Positions 29,129 through 39,401 are shown, counted from the stretch's first letter. The stretch: DNA of 64,000 bases from an uncultured Candidatus Saccharibacteria bacterium (GCA_964356915.1 CAYHJF010000001.1:215011-279010); one strand, 5' to 3'. Numbers and translations are program-made. Notes: generated by a model from the letters alone, not told the origin.

Positions 29129-30310
29129 ATGGAAGGTGCTGTAGTTACGAGGTTCCCTACATGTAAGCGTTGTAATAGGGAGCGAAGAGTATGTCGAACG
29201 ACACTTCTTTGTGACCCCTGTGGGACTACGCGGTATAGTTTGAATGCTCGTAGAAGAAGTCATAGCTTAGCTGCACTTACAGTAGATGAGTTTATCCTCG
29301 AGCGCCCCTTTCAAGGTGCTCGAGGCGGACAGATTGCTGTAGTCCAGAGACCTCTTCGTATAAGGCCAAGGACCTTCCCTAGTTACGAGGCGATACCTGG
29401 ATTTTTAATCGCAAGCGAAGCTATGCACGGAGTTGTTCAAACTGTGCAGAAGCTCGCAGCTCACGACACAAGCGTTCTCATTCATGGAGAAACTGGTGTC
29501 GGAAAAGATTTGATTGCTCGCTTGATACATAGGAGTAGTAGGCGCTTCGATAAGCTAATGGTTGTCATTGATTGCGCTGCCTTGACCGAAACGTTAGCCG
29601 AAAGCGAGCTCTTTGGGCATGCGCGAGGATCGTTTACGGGAGCAGGTGGTGGTCGGACTGGCTTATTTGAGAGTACGAATGGAGGAACGATTTTTCTAGA
29701 TGAGATTGGTGAGCTATCACTTGGTATCCAAGCTCGACTCTTGAGAGTTTTGGAGTCGCGCGTAGTTCGACCCGTTGGGAGTAATCAAGTCATCTCAATT
29801 GATGTACGTATCGTTGCCGCTACGAATAAGAATTTATTTACGTTAGTTGACGAGGGAAGGTTCCGTCTCGATCTCTTACATCGTCTCTACGTTGCTGACG
29901 TGGTAATACCGCCGCTTCGTGTACGACGAGAAGAAATACCGGCGATTGCACTTCACCTTGCCAGTATGCTGAGAGCTTCCGCCGAAGACGTGCTTTCAGA
30001 GCTTGATCAGGCGGAAGAACATTCATGGCCAGGGAATGTACGAGAACTGCGTAATGCAGTAGAGCGTGCGATGCTTGGTTTGCCGATGCTCTCATGCGTT
30101 ATACCAAATAGTTCGAGGAGTGGAAGTGAAAATCCCCTTATTACTTCCGGGCGTATTTTGACGGACGCAGATGTGCGAGCTATGTACGCAGAATATACAA
30201 ATTATGTAGTGCGGTTGTGTGGTGGTAACAAAAGACTTGCAGCTACACGTCTTGGTTTAAATCGGACAACTCTTCATCAGCGAATCAAAAACGCTACTAG
30301 CCCAGTTTGA
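29129..30310 (+). CDS. Sigma54-type enhancer-binding AAA+ protein with N-terminal Cys cluster and Fis HTH
   Basis: SD AGAGGAG; GETGVGKD, ESELFGHARGSFTGA, FLDEIG, WPGNVREL, HTH GNKRLAATRLGLNRTTL. Confidence 0.9.
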   Translation: MEGAVVTRFPTCKRCNRERRVCRTTLLCDPCGTTRYSLNARRRSHSLAALTVDEFILERPFQGARGGQIAVVQRPLRIRPRTFPSYEAIPGFLIASEAMHGVVQTVQKLAAHDTSVLIHGETGVGKDLIARLIHRSSRRFDKLMVVIDCAALTETLAESELFGHARGSFTGAGGGRTGLFESTNGGTIFLDEIGELSLGIQARLLRVLESRVVRPVGSNQVISIDVRIVAATNKNLFTLVDEGRFRLDLLHRLYVADVVIPPLRVRREEIPAIALHLASMLRASAEDVLSELDQAEEHSWPGNVRELRNAVERAMLGLPMLSCVIPNSSRSGSENPLITSGRILTDADVRAMYAEYTNYVVRLCGGNKRLAATRLGLNRTTLHQRIKNATSPV

Positions 30311-30376
30311 TAGCAGATTAATTGGTAAGAAATTCAGCCCTACGTAAGTGGGGTTTTTATTTTTTTGTTTTTAGTG

Positions 30377-30448
30377 CGGCCCCAACGGGAATCGAACCCG
30401 TATTTACACATTGAAAGCGTGCTGTCCTAACCATTAGACGATGGGGCC
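30377..30448 (-). tRNA. tRNA-Glu(TTC)
   Basis: Reverse complement GGCCCCATCGTCTAATGG...CTTTCAA...GGTTCGATTCCCGTTGGGGCC. Confidence 0.93.
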
Positions 30449-30540
30449 TTTTGTCCCGTCATCCTACCATCGTCTTGACCTCTTGGAAAGAGCAGGGTCT
30501 TTATTTTTTAAGCGAAAATTGCTATATTACCGAGACAATT

Positions 30541-30612
30541 GCGCGATTAGCTCAGTGGTAGAGCGTTACTTTGACATAGTAAAGGCCGCAGGTTCGATCC
30601 CTGCATCGCGCA
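30541..30612 (+). tRNA. tRNA-Val(GAC)
   Basis: TTACT-TTGACAT-AGTAA anticodon arm; GCGCGAT/ATCGCGC acceptor. Confidence 0.95.
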
Positions 30613-30622
30613 CCGAAAAAAT

Positions 30623-32167
30623 ATGAAAAACATTTTAAAACAAAAGAAAGTTTGGATTGGAATAGCTGTGCTTTTAGTAGGCGGTTTATTTTTTGTATTT
30701 CGTAGCGGAAAAAGTTCCGCCGGAGATACGCTTGTTATTGTTCGAACAAATCTTGTTCAAGAGGTGAGTGTAACGGGGACAGTAAAGCCTGCCGCGAATG
30801 CCGATCTCGCATTCGATCGTTCAGGGCGTATTTCTTATGCGAATGTTCGTGTTGGAGATATTGTGGGCGCAGGACAAGTTCTTGTCTCGCTTGAAAATGG
30901 AGATTTTGCCGGTGCTCTTCAAGAGGCGGAAGCAAATGTAAAAGCAGAGCAGGCAAAACTTGATGAACTCAAGCAAGGAACGCGTCCCGAGGAAATTGTT
31001 GTGCAGGAGATAAAGGTAAGAAATGCTCGAACTTCACTTGGTGATGCAAAAAATAATGTTATTGATAAGACGCAAGATGCCTATACAAAATCTAATGATG
31101 CGATACGAGGTAAGGCGGATGCAATGTTTACGAACCCTCAATCGCAGGCTCCTCAGTTATCGTTTGTCACTGGTTTAGGTACAAAAAGTACGCTCGAATT
31201 TCAGCGGCTAAAGATTGAAAAGATTTTAACAACTTGGAACGAAGTATTGTTGACCGGGATTCAGGCCGAGGATTTTCCTCGCCTTATTCTTTCGAGTAGA
31301 CAGAATCTTCAGGAAATTAGTAGTTTCCTTGATGTTATGACGCTTGCATTAAGTTCAGTATCATCAGGTTCTGGTTTATCGCAAACAACACTCGATAGTT
31401 GGAAGTCTGATTTAAGTACTGCACGGACAAATGTGAATACGGCGCTTACAAATCTTTCTGCTGCAGAAGAAAAGTTGCGATCCGCTGAGTCCGCACTCGC
31501 GCTCACAGAGCAAGAGCTGGCGCTTAAAAAAGCTGGCTCAACGTCGGAACAGATTATGGGGCAAGAGGCGCAACTTGAGCGTGTACGTGCGGCGGTACGA
31601 AGTGCATCTGCTAATCTCGGCAAGACAATCATTCGCGCGCCGATTTCAGGTGTTCTTACAAAGCAAGACGCAAAGGCGGGCGAAATCGCAACAGCAGGGC
31701 AAGTTCTTGTGTCGATGATCGGAAATTCAGGCTTTGAAATAGAAGCAAATGTGCCGGAGGCAGACATCGCAAAGATTGCATTAAGTGATAGCGCCCGCGT
31801 TACACTTGATGCGTACGGGTCAGAGGTAGAGTTTCCAGCAATTGTCGTGAAAATTGATCCGGCTGAAACGATTGTTGATGGCGTTCCCACATATAAGGTG
31901 ACATTGCAGTTCAAAGAAAAAGACGAGCGTATTCGTTCTGGTATGACCGCGAACACGGATATTATTACTGACAGCAAGGATAATATATTTACGATTCCAC
32001 AGCGCGCGATAAAAACAAAAGATGGCAAAAAATACGTCTCCACTAAAAAGGGTGAGGCCGAAGAAGAGATAGAAATAACCACTGGCATCCGTGGGTCAAA
32101 CGGATACGTCGAGGTACTCACAGGCCTTCGTGAGGGAGATACGGTCATTCTTGATGCTAAGAAATAA
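30623..32167 (+). CDS. Efflux RND/MacA-type periplasmic adaptor
   Basis: N-terminal TM, VSVTGTV, long coiled coil, IRAPISG, RSGMTA, GLREGD. Confidence 0.9.
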   Translation: MKNILKQKKVWIGIAVLLVGGLFFVFRSGKSSAGDTLVIVRTNLVQEVSVTGTVKPAANADLAFDRSGRISYANVRVGDIVGAGQVLVSLENGDFAGALQEAEANVKAEQAKLDELKQGTRPEEIVVQEIKVRNARTSLGDAKNNVIDKTQDAYTKSNDAIRGKADAMFTNPQSQAPQLSFVTGLGTKSTLEFQRLKIEKILTTWNEVLLTGIQAEDFPRLILSSRQNLQEISSFLDVMTLALSSVSSGSGLSQTTLDSWKSDLSTARTNVNTALTNLSAAEEKLRSAESALALTEQELALKKAGSTSEQIMGQEAQLERVRAAVRSASANLGKTIIRAPISGVLTKQDAKAGEIATAGQVLVSMIGNSGFEIEANVPEADIAKIALSDSARVTLDAYGSEVEFPAIVVKIDPAETIVDGVPTYKVTLQFKEKDERIRSGMTANTDIITDSKDNIFTIPQRAIKTKDGKKYVSTKKGEAEEEIEITTGIRGSNGYVEVLTGLREGDTVILDAKK

Positions 32168-32168
32168 T

Positions 32169-33440
32169 ATGCGCTTTCTCCCGTTGCGCGTAGGTTTTTT
32201 TCTCGCAACGCGCCAGATTAGACGATCCGGGAAAGGTACGACATCATTGATCGTATTTATTATGATGCTTACCTTTTTGAATATGGTTGTTGTTTCTGGT
32301 CTTTTGGTTGGATTGATCGCGGGGTCATTTAAACAATTTCGTGAAAGTTATTCAGGCGAAGTAATCGTTACATCTGCTCAAGGTAGGGACTATATAGAAG
32401 AGTCTCCAGAATTAATAGCATTTTTGGAGAGTCACTCGCGCGTGACGGCGATCTCGCCTCGATATGGCGTAAATGTACAGGTACTGGGAACTCTCAATGA
32501 TCTTCCAGAAAAGAATGAGAGACCAAATCGTATCGGCGTACGCTTGTCAGGTATTGATTTAGAGCGCGAAGAAAAAGTCACGGGATTTTCTCGGTTCATT
32601 ATAGAGGGAGAGCCGCTGACCAAGGGGGAAGAGGGATATATACTCGCGGGCGCAAATTTTCTTCGCAAGTACTCAACATTTGCGGACGCGAATATCCCCG
32701 GACTCGATCTTTTGAGTGATGTTGAGGTCGGGAGTCGTGTTCGAATTACATTAACAACAAAAGAAGGAACAAAGGTTGTAAAGGATTTTATTGTGAAAGG
32801 TATCGTAAAGAGTAAGGTTGATGAGATTTCAACAAGATTTTTTATTACGGATAATGAGTTGCGTCGATTGTTGCCGGTGAATAAAGAGCAGGTCCAAGAA
32901 ATTGCGATTAAGACTGATTATGAATACGCTCCCACATTAGTCCAAGAGATTAAGGATTTTATGGGGTCTCATGCAGCGCGCGTTCAGACGACTGACGAAG
33001 CAATTCCCTCATTTTTACGTGATATAGAGACAACGTTTAGAATCCTTGGCAACGCACTTTCATCGTTCGCGCTTATTGTTGCTTCTATTACTATTTTTAT
33101 CGTTATCTTTATTAATGCCGTTACGAAGCGAAAATTTATTGGAATCATGAAAGGTATTGGTATTAGTCCACTTGCTATTCAATTTTCTTATATTTTTCAG
33201 GCACTCTTTTATGGTGTTGTTGGGTCAGCAATTGGTCTCGTATTAACATTTGGTTTTTTACAGCCGTACTTTGATCTTCATCCAATTAATTTCCCTTTTT
33301 CCGACGGTATTCTTGTGGCAACTCCTGCCGGTGCGGCACTTCGGATTCTCATTTTACTTACTGTTACGTTAATCGCAGGATATTTGCCAGCAAAATTAAT
33401 TGTTCGCAAAAACACTCTTGATTCTATCTTGGGCAGATAA
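32169..33440 (+). CDS. ABC transporter permease (FtsX/MacB-like)
   Basis: 1+3 TM arrangement, KRKFIGIMKGIG, GYLPA. Confidence 0.88.
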   Translation: MRFLPLRVGFFLATRQIRRSGKGTTSLIVFIMMLTFLNMVVVSGLLVGLIAGSFKQFRESYSGEVIVTSAQGRDYIEESPELIAFLESHSRVTAISPRYGVNVQVLGTLNDLPEKNERPNRIGVRLSGIDLEREEKVTGFSRFIIEGEPLTKGEEGYILAGANFLRKYSTFADANIPGLDLLSDVEVGSRVRITLTTKEGTKVVKDFIVKGIVKSKVDEISTRFFITDNELRRLLPVNKEQVQEIAIKTDYEYAPTLVQEIKDFMGSHAARVQTTDEAIPSFLRDIETTFRILGNALSSFALIVASITIFIVIFINAVTKRKFIGIMKGIGISPLAIQFSYIFQALFYGVVGSAIGLVLTFGFLQPYFDLHPINFPFSDGILVATPAGAALRILILLTVTLIAGYLPAKLIVRKNTLDSILGR

Positions 33441-33446
33441 TATTTT

Positions 33447-34130
33447 ATGATTACAGCAAAAAAATTAGTGAAGAGCTATGGCTCTGGAGAACTCGAACTC
33501 ACAGTTCTTAAGAGTTTAGATTTAGAGATACAAGATGGAGAGTTTGTCGCGATTATCGGTCCGTCTGGTGCGGGTAAATCAACACTTTTGTATCAGCTTT
33601 CTTTGCTCGATGCTCCAACATCAGGGGAGGTATATGTTGATGGCGTAAAAACTTCTGAGCTTAATGAAGTAGAGAAAACACAGTTGCGGCTACGAAAGCT
33701 CGGGTATGTATTTCAGGATTACGCGTTATTACCCGAGCTTACGGCGATTGAGAATGTCATGCTTCCAATGTTGATGCAGGGTTTATCTCGCGAGGTTGCT
33801 CTTGAGAAGGCGCGACGCGCTCTTGCGCGTATTAGTCTTTCAGATAAAGAACAAAATTTACCAAATCAACTTTCAGGCGGTCAGCAGCAACGAGTTTCAA
33901 TCGCACGCGCAATCGGGCATGATCCCCATATTCTGTTTGCTGACGAGCCAACAGCAAATTTAGATTCAATGAGCGCGAAGCTGGTCATGGATGCATTCCT
34001 CGACCTACATCATAAAGACAAACAAACAGTCATTATGGTTACACACGAAGAAGAATACGCTGCATACGCAGAGCGCATTATTGCGTTGAGTGACGGGCTT
34101 GTGGTGAGAGATGAGAGAAAGAAGAAGTAA
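33447..34130 (+). CDS. ABC transporter ATP-binding protein (LolD/MacB-like)
   Basis: GPSGAGKS, LSGGQQQR, ADEPT, VTH. Confidence 0.95.
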   Translation: MITAKKLVKSYGSGELELTVLKSLDLEIQDGEFVAIIGPSGAGKSTLLYQLSLLDAPTSGEVYVDGVKTSELNEVEKTQLRLRKLGYVFQDYALLPELTAIENVMLPMLMQGLSREVALEKARRALARISLSDKEQNLPNQLSGGQQQRVSIARAIGHDPHILFADEPTANLDSMSAKLVMDAFLDLHHKDKQTVIMVTHEEEYAAYAERIIALSDGLVVRDERKKK

Positions 34131-34231
34131 TTTTTTCTCAAATCGGTATGTATGTAGAGTGTAAAGAATCATGATGTTGGTAGTACAATCTCGCTCTCAG
34201 AGCGTTTTCTATGTATACTAGTACGCATATT

Positions 34232-34924
34232 ATGTCAGAGCCGCAATCTTTGAGACACGTTGCAATTATCCCAGATGGAAATAGGCGATGGGCGACCGCG
34301 CGAGGCAAGAAACCATGGGAAGGACATCAGGCGGGGTTTAAGTCGTTTGAAGATATTTTACGAAAGGCGCTTGATCTGAACATCTACTGCGTTTCTTTTT
34401 GGGGCATGAGTACAGATAACTTTACAAAGCGTGATCCACGAGAGGTGCGCGCCCTGCTGTCTATCTTTAAGGGGATGATGAATAAGGCTCGACGCGATAA
34501 AGATCTCGAACGTCACGATGTAAAAATTTCAGTTGTTGGTGAGTGGAAGAAAAAATTTCCTCGCATACTCTCTAATTTGTTTGATTCTGTCATTGAGCAA
34601 ACGCGCGAACGCAAGCACCACGTGCTTAATTTGTTGCTTTGTTATGATGGTAAATCAGAAATGACGCTCGCGTTTAAAAAGGCACTTGCTTCAAAGAAGC
34701 CTTTTGCATCTCCAAAAGATTTTTTGTGGACGCGAGATCTTCCTCCGGTTGATCTTGTTGTAAGAACGGGTGGAGATCCGCATCTTTCCGCGGGTTTTAT
34801 GATGTGGGATACCGCCGATGCTCAACTCTATTTTTCAGAAAAGTTATGGCCAGATTTTACGCCCGATGATTTTGAGGCAGCGGTTCGAGCTTTCGAAGAG
34901 CGTGAACGAAGATTTGGGGCATGA
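34232..34924 (+). CDS. uppS: Undecaprenyl diphosphate synthase
   Basis: HVAIIPDGNRRWA, STDNFTKR, DLVVRTGG, WPDF. Confidence 0.94.
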   Translation: MSEPQSLRHVAIIPDGNRRWATARGKKPWEGHQAGFKSFEDILRKALDLNIYCVSFWGMSTDNFTKRDPREVRALLSIFKGMMNKARRDKDLERHDVKISVVGEWKKKFPRILSNLFDSVIEQTRERKHHVLNLLLCYDGKSEMTLAFKKALASKKPFASPKDFLWTRDLPPVDLVVRTGGDPHLSAGFMMWDTADAQLYFSEKLWPDFTPDDFEAAVRAFEERERRFGA

Positions 34925-34936
34925 TACACTAGGTGC

Positions 34937-35332
34937 ATGGCACCGGCAGTTTTTTTCGACTTTTTACGATGGCACTATCTGGTAGGTATTTCTAAGCTTT
35001 TGAAGGCGTGGGGTAATCTCCATTGGTTTCTCTATCACTATTTTTCTATTGATACTCTCGCAAAGAGTTTTTTTGAGCCGTTTCATCGTATGCAGGAGCG
35101 GAAGAGAAGAGGCTTTGATGTTGAAGATATCGCAGGCGTATTAATCATGAATACGGTTTTGCGGTTTATTGGCATGTTGGTTCGGTCCGTATTTATTATA
35201 CTCGGTGTCTTTGCTCAAATTGTCATGTTTGGTGTAGGGAGCTTGCTCTTTATAGCTGCCGTTCTTGCGCCAGCTCTGCTAGTCGGTCTCGTGGTCGCAA
35301 GTATTGTTCAAGTAGTTAAAATATTTTCATGA
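34937..35332 (+). CDS. Membrane hypothetical protein coupled to the Clp ATPase
   Basis: WHY, FSI..L..FF.PF, C-terminal TMs; 4-bp overlap with the next gene. Confidence 0.75.
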   Translation: MAPAVFFDFLRWHYLVGISKLLKAWGNLHWFLYHYFSIDTLAKSFFEPFHRMQERKRRGFDVEDIAGVLIMNTVLRFIGMLVRSVFIILGVFAQIVMFGVGSLLFIAAVLAPALLVGLVVASIVQVVKIFS

Positions 35333-37809
35333 GTACGGTCACGGTAATAAATTCATATCCATGGTTATTCCGCGCTTTGCGTCTCGATCGAATTATTGCT
35401 GAGCGCGTGCGAGTGTTTATTATGACGGTATCTTTTTGGATAGTATTGTTCAGTGGTGCTGCTGAAATCATTAGCTCTTTTTTTAAAGTAAGTGCGTTGA
35501 ATGGGTATGATGATCTTTTGCTCGGTGTGAGTTTTGTGAGTGGAGCAGTCGCATTGTTGTTTTGGCTCGTTGAGTTTTTTTATCGTTCAAATCTTGTACC
35601 CGCATTTGTTTTGGAACGAGAGGGCATTCAATATACGTTCAGCGTAGAAACTTCACGATTGCTAATGAACGCCGAGCCAAGTGTTCTTGCTCGTGATGCG
35701 ATAGAGTCTTTACCTATTTTTCAATCATTTGCACGCTTGCCACTTACAGACTTATTGCTTGTTCGGTTAGGAATTCCTCGCGAAGCATTCGAAATATTTC
35801 TTAATGCGCATGCGGGCGGGGTATCAGTTTTAGCTTCAGAGTTTTTCACGAAAGTATGTGATCGATGTGATAAGGAGCGTACGCAGGGGATTTGGGTAAG
35901 CGATATACTTGCTGTGTTGATGGATTGTGATGCGCTTTGGAATAAGTTTTTGTTTGATGCCAAGGTTACAAGAGAAGACTTTGTCGCTGCGGCACTTTGG
36001 GTTGAATATCAATTTAGCGAGGAGACAAAACGAAAACGATGGTGGGATCGAAGTCAGCTCGGACAGATTTCAGGTCTTGGTAAGGATCTCGGTTTTGGAT
36101 ATACCTATCATCTTGACATGTACTCTCATGAAGTATGGCCTGGAGCGATGAAATACGCGCGCGAAACACGCAGACGAGAGATAGAGGCTCTTGAGCAAGC
36201 ACTTTCTCGATCGTATGAGGCAAATGTCATGCTTGTCGGAGAGGAGGGATCGGGTAAGCATGCAGTTCTCGAGGGGTTATCTCAGAAGATTCTTGAAGGT
36301 TCGGCGCCAGCAACGCTTGAATTTAAGCGCATGGTCATGCTCGATTATTCAAGTATTACTGCCGCAACAAAAACGAAAGGAGATTTTGAGGCGACAATGA
36401 TTAAGCTTCTTGAAGAAGCGGTTGCCGCGGGAAATATTATTCTCATTATTGAAAATTTTGAAGGATTTCTTTCCTCAATCGCTTCCTTGGGTACAGACGG
36501 GTTGGCACTTCTTGAGCCATATGCCGCAACCGCCCGCCTACAGATTATTGGCTTGAGTGATCCGACAGCATACCATCGTGATCTTGAGCCAGATGGAAAG
36601 GTTACAAAGTTATTTGAAAAGGTTGATATTGAACAGCCAGATGCTAATCGGTTGCTTATGATGGTTGAGGATGCAGCTTTGATTATAGAGTCGCGCGCGC
36701 GGAAAGTGTTTACATTTCAAGCAATTAAAAAGTCGGTAGCACTCGCGGACCGATTTATTCAAGATGGAGCAATGCCGGAAAAGGCGATTGATCTTTTGGA
36801 GTCAGCCGCTTCGAGCGTTGCCGTTAGTAAAATTTTGATTTATCCCGAAGACATAGAGTCAGTTGTTGAAAAAAAGACTCACATCCCAACCTCAAAGGCA
36901 GAATCGGAAGAGCGCGATAAATTATTGAATATGGAACAGCTGCTTCATGAGCGAATGATTGATCAGGAAGAGGCGATTCGTTCCGTGTCAGATGCGCTTC
37001 GAAGAGCGCGTTCTGGTCTTAAGGGCAACAATCGGCCCATCGGCACCTTTCTGTTTATTGGGCCTACGGGTGTAGGGAAAACAGAAACCGCAAAAGCACT
37101 TGCACAGGTATATTTTGGAGACGAAGAAGCGATGTTTCGTTTTGATATGTCGGAGTATAGTCAGGGGGATGGGGTAGAAAAACTTATTGGATCGCGCGAT
37201 TCAAAGATTCCTGGTGTACTCGCTTCGCGTCTTCGTGAGCGACCATTCTCACTCTTACTTTTCGACGAGTTTGAGAAGGCAACGCGAGAGGTACATAATA
37301 TATTTTTGCAGATTCTCGACGAAGGATTTTTCTCAGATGGTGCAGGCAAGCGAGTCTCCGCGAGAGAAACAATGATTATTATGACTTCAAATGCGGGCGC
37401 AAACCTTATCATCGAACTTTTGCGGGTACAAAAAGATTCTGCTGTGATTAAGCAATCGATTATCGATGAGATTCGTACAAAAAATATATTTACACCTGAA
37501 CTCCTCAACCGTTTTGATGAAATAGTTTTATTTAAGCCGTTACCGAAAGAAGAGCTGGTGAAGGTGGCAATGCTTATGCTTAAGGGGCTTACCAAAAAAC
37601 TTGCTGAGCAGGAAATTATATTTGTGCCGAGCGAAGAACTTGCCGCACGAGTTGTTGAGATTGGGTACGATCCAATTTTTGGCGCTCGTCCCATGCGTCG
37701 TGCAATCAGCGATCGAGTCGAACAGGTAATTGCAAAAAAGATTCTTGGAGGTGAGTTGAAGAGAGGAGATACATTTCAGTTTGCTTCAGAAGATATAAAA
37801 AATCTATAA
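35329..37809 (+). CDS. ClpA/B/C-like double AAA+ ATPase with N-terminal TM segments
   Basis: GEEGSGK (AAA1), GPTGVGKTE/FDEFEKA (AAA2), FGARPMRR; two N-terminal hydrophobic helices. Confidence 0.9.
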   Translation: MSTVTVINSYPWLFRALRLDRIIAERVRVFIMTVSFWIVLFSGAAEIISSFFKVSALNGYDDLLLGVSFVSGAVALLFWLVEFFYRSNLVPAFVLEREGIQYTFSVETSRLLMNAEPSVLARDAIESLPIFQSFARLPLTDLLLVRLGIPREAFEIFLNAHAGGVSVLASEFFTKVCDRCDKERTQGIWVSDILAVLMDCDALWNKFLFDAKVTREDFVAAALWVEYQFSEETKRKRWWDRSQLGQISGLGKDLGFGYTYHLDMYSHEVWPGAMKYARETRRREIEALEQALSRSYEANVMLVGEEGSGKHAVLEGLSQKILEGSAPATLEFKRMVMLDYSSITAATKTKGDFEATMIKLLEEAVAAGNIILIIENFEGFLSSIASLGTDGLALLEPYAATARLQIIGLSDPTAYHRDLEPDGKVTKLFEKVDIEQPDANRLLMMVEDAALIIESRARKVFTFQAIKKSVALADRFIQDGAMPEKAIDLLESAASSVAVSKILIYPEDIESVVEKKTHIPTSKAESEERDKLLNMEQLLHERMIDQEEAIRSVSDALRRARSGLKGNNRPIGTFLFIGPTGVGKTETAKALAQVYFGDEEAMFRFDMSEYSQGDGVEKLIGSRDSKIPGVLASRLRERPFSLLLFDEFEKATREVHNIFLQILDEGFFSDGAGKRVSARETMIIMTSNAGANLIIELLRVQKDSAVIKQSIIDEIRTKNIFTPELLNRFDEIVLFKPLPKEELVKVAMLMLKGLTKKLAEQEIIFVPSEELAARVVEIGYDPIFGARPMRRAISDRVEQVIAKKILGGELKRGDTFQFASEDIKNL

Positions 37810-37816
37810 TTCTTTC

Positions 37817-38227
37817 ATGGATACTTGTATTTTTTGTAAAATCATAAAAAAAGAAATTCCAACAGAAATTATCTATGAAGATGATGCTGTCTTTGCATTT
37901 CTTGATGCGCAACCGCGATCTCCGGGACATACGCTCGTGATACCAAAAAACCATACCGAAAACTTACTTGATATGCAGAAAGAAGCAGTGGGGCCATTTT
38001 TTGAACGTGTTCAAGCGGTGCTTAATATGGTGAAGCGGGCTCTTGATCCGGATGGATTTACGCTCGGTATCAACCACGGCAAATGGGCGGGGCAGGCAGT
38101 TGATCATCTGCATTTTCATATTATGCCGCGGTGGAAGGATGACGGAGGGCATTCAATTCATTGGGTTGTAACTAATATTCCCGATGAAGAGCCGCGTATT
38201 ATCGCAGAACGTATTAGAGGTAAATAA
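37817..38227 (+). CDS. HIT family hydrolase
   Basis: CIFCKI, PGHTLVIPK, GQAVDHLHFHIMPR. Confidence 0.95.
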   Translation: MDTCIFCKIIKKEIPTEIIYEDDAVFAFLDAQPRSPGHTLVIPKNHTENLLDMQKEAVGPFFERVQAVLNMVKRALDPDGFTLGINHGKWAGQAVDHLHFHIMPRWKDDGGHSIHWVVTNIPDEEPRIIAERIRGK

Positions 38228-38237
38228 AAAGCACCAC

Positions 38238-39401
38238 TTATCGAAGTGATGCTGTTTGAGCGCGCTGCATATCAAGGTATTGAACGGCAGCCTCTAGGGC
38301 TGTATCCAGTACACCGGGGATATATCGTTGCGCTGGGTTTGTTTCAGTCACATGAAGGTCTGGTGTAACGCCTATTTTATTGATGTTACCGCCCGTCGGA
38401 CCAAAATATTTTTGTCGGGGGATAGAGAGCTCTAGGCCATCGAGGTTATCGAGTTCATATGTGCTCATTGTTGTTCCGAGGCCAAGTGTCGGGCCTTCTC
38501 CAATGACAAGAGCACGTTTACTTTCTTTTAGAATTTGAGAAGCCATCTCACCAGCAGAAGCCGTTTCCGTATTGATGAGAACGACGACCGGTACGCTCGG
38601 CTTGTGCACGGGGCATTCGAAACTTTCATATATATTTGCGCTTTCAAATGCAGATCCGATGCGCATGATTGGAAGATTTGGGGTTAAAACATAGCTTATG
38701 AGCCGTAGAGCATACTGCCACGATCCGCCCGTATTTGAGCGAAGATCAAAGATTACTCCGTCGGCGTGATCAATGTGAGGCATCACAAACTTGAGGAACG
38801 GGGCGATCTGTTCGTCAAAATTCGCGACGAACACATACGCGTATTGTCCTATATAGTGAAGTTCATACGGTGGGAGTTGAGAAAACCTCCTTTTAGTTAC
38901 AGAGAGTTCTTGTAGGGTTTTTCCTCTGAGTACGCTGAATTGAGCCATCTCAAATTCATCGAAGTACGTACTTATTTCTTGAAGTGAATGATTCCCAAGT
39001 CCAATTCCGTTAATTGCCACAACTTCATCTGTGCGTCGAAGCCCAGCATTCCACATAGGAGAGCCATAGTCGACTCGCACAATGAAGATTCGTCCGGAGC
39101 GTACTCGATACTCAAATCCGAAGTATGCGTGCCGTCTTGGCTGATTGGCGTGCGGTTTTACAAGAGACGCATGTCCATCCAGCGCCTGAAGCCCGTTGTT
39201 GAGTGTATCGATAGTCCATCGTTCTAAGTCTATCGGTTCATGATACTCTGTAGCGAGTTTTTCAATGACGTTATGAAATATGTGTTCGGCACGATTACGT
39301 CGTGCTGTATCAAGAAGACGGACGGTTTCCTTTTGTGACTGATGCGATATCAAGGTGCAGGATGAAAGTGCTAGGGCTATGAATATGAGGAGTATCCGCA
39401 T
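38238..39401 (-). CDS. S41 (CtpA-like) peptidase lipoprotein with PDZ domain
   Basis: Lipobox LSSC, PDZ (AGLRRTDEVVAING), DLRSNTGG, TASAGE, GVTPD; SD AAGGAGG. Confidence 0.85.
   Translation of the reverse strand: MRILLIFIALALSSCTLISHQSQKETVRLLDTARRNRAEHIFHNVIEKLATEYHEPIDLERWTIDTLNNGLQALDGHASLVKPHANQPRRHAYFGFEYRVRSGRIFIVRVDYGSPMWNAGLRRTDEVVAINGIGLGNHSLQEISTYFDEFEMAQFSVLRGKTLQELSVTKRRFSQLPPYELHYIGQYAYVFVANFDEQIAPFLKFVMPHIDHADGVIFDLRSNTGGSWQYALRLISYVLTPNLPIMRIGSAFESANIYESFECPVHKPSVPVVVLINTETASAGEMASQILKESKRALVIGEGPTLGLGTTMSTYELDNLDGLELSIPRQKYFGPTGGNINKIGVTPDLHVTETNPAQRYIPGVLDTALEAAVQYLDMQRAQTASLR

Noticed and set aside
31309-32208. 299-aa - strand ORF (and similar antisense ORFs such as 3427..3936, 37161..37694)
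   Set aside because: Fully antisense to well-supported genes; no motifs or expression signals
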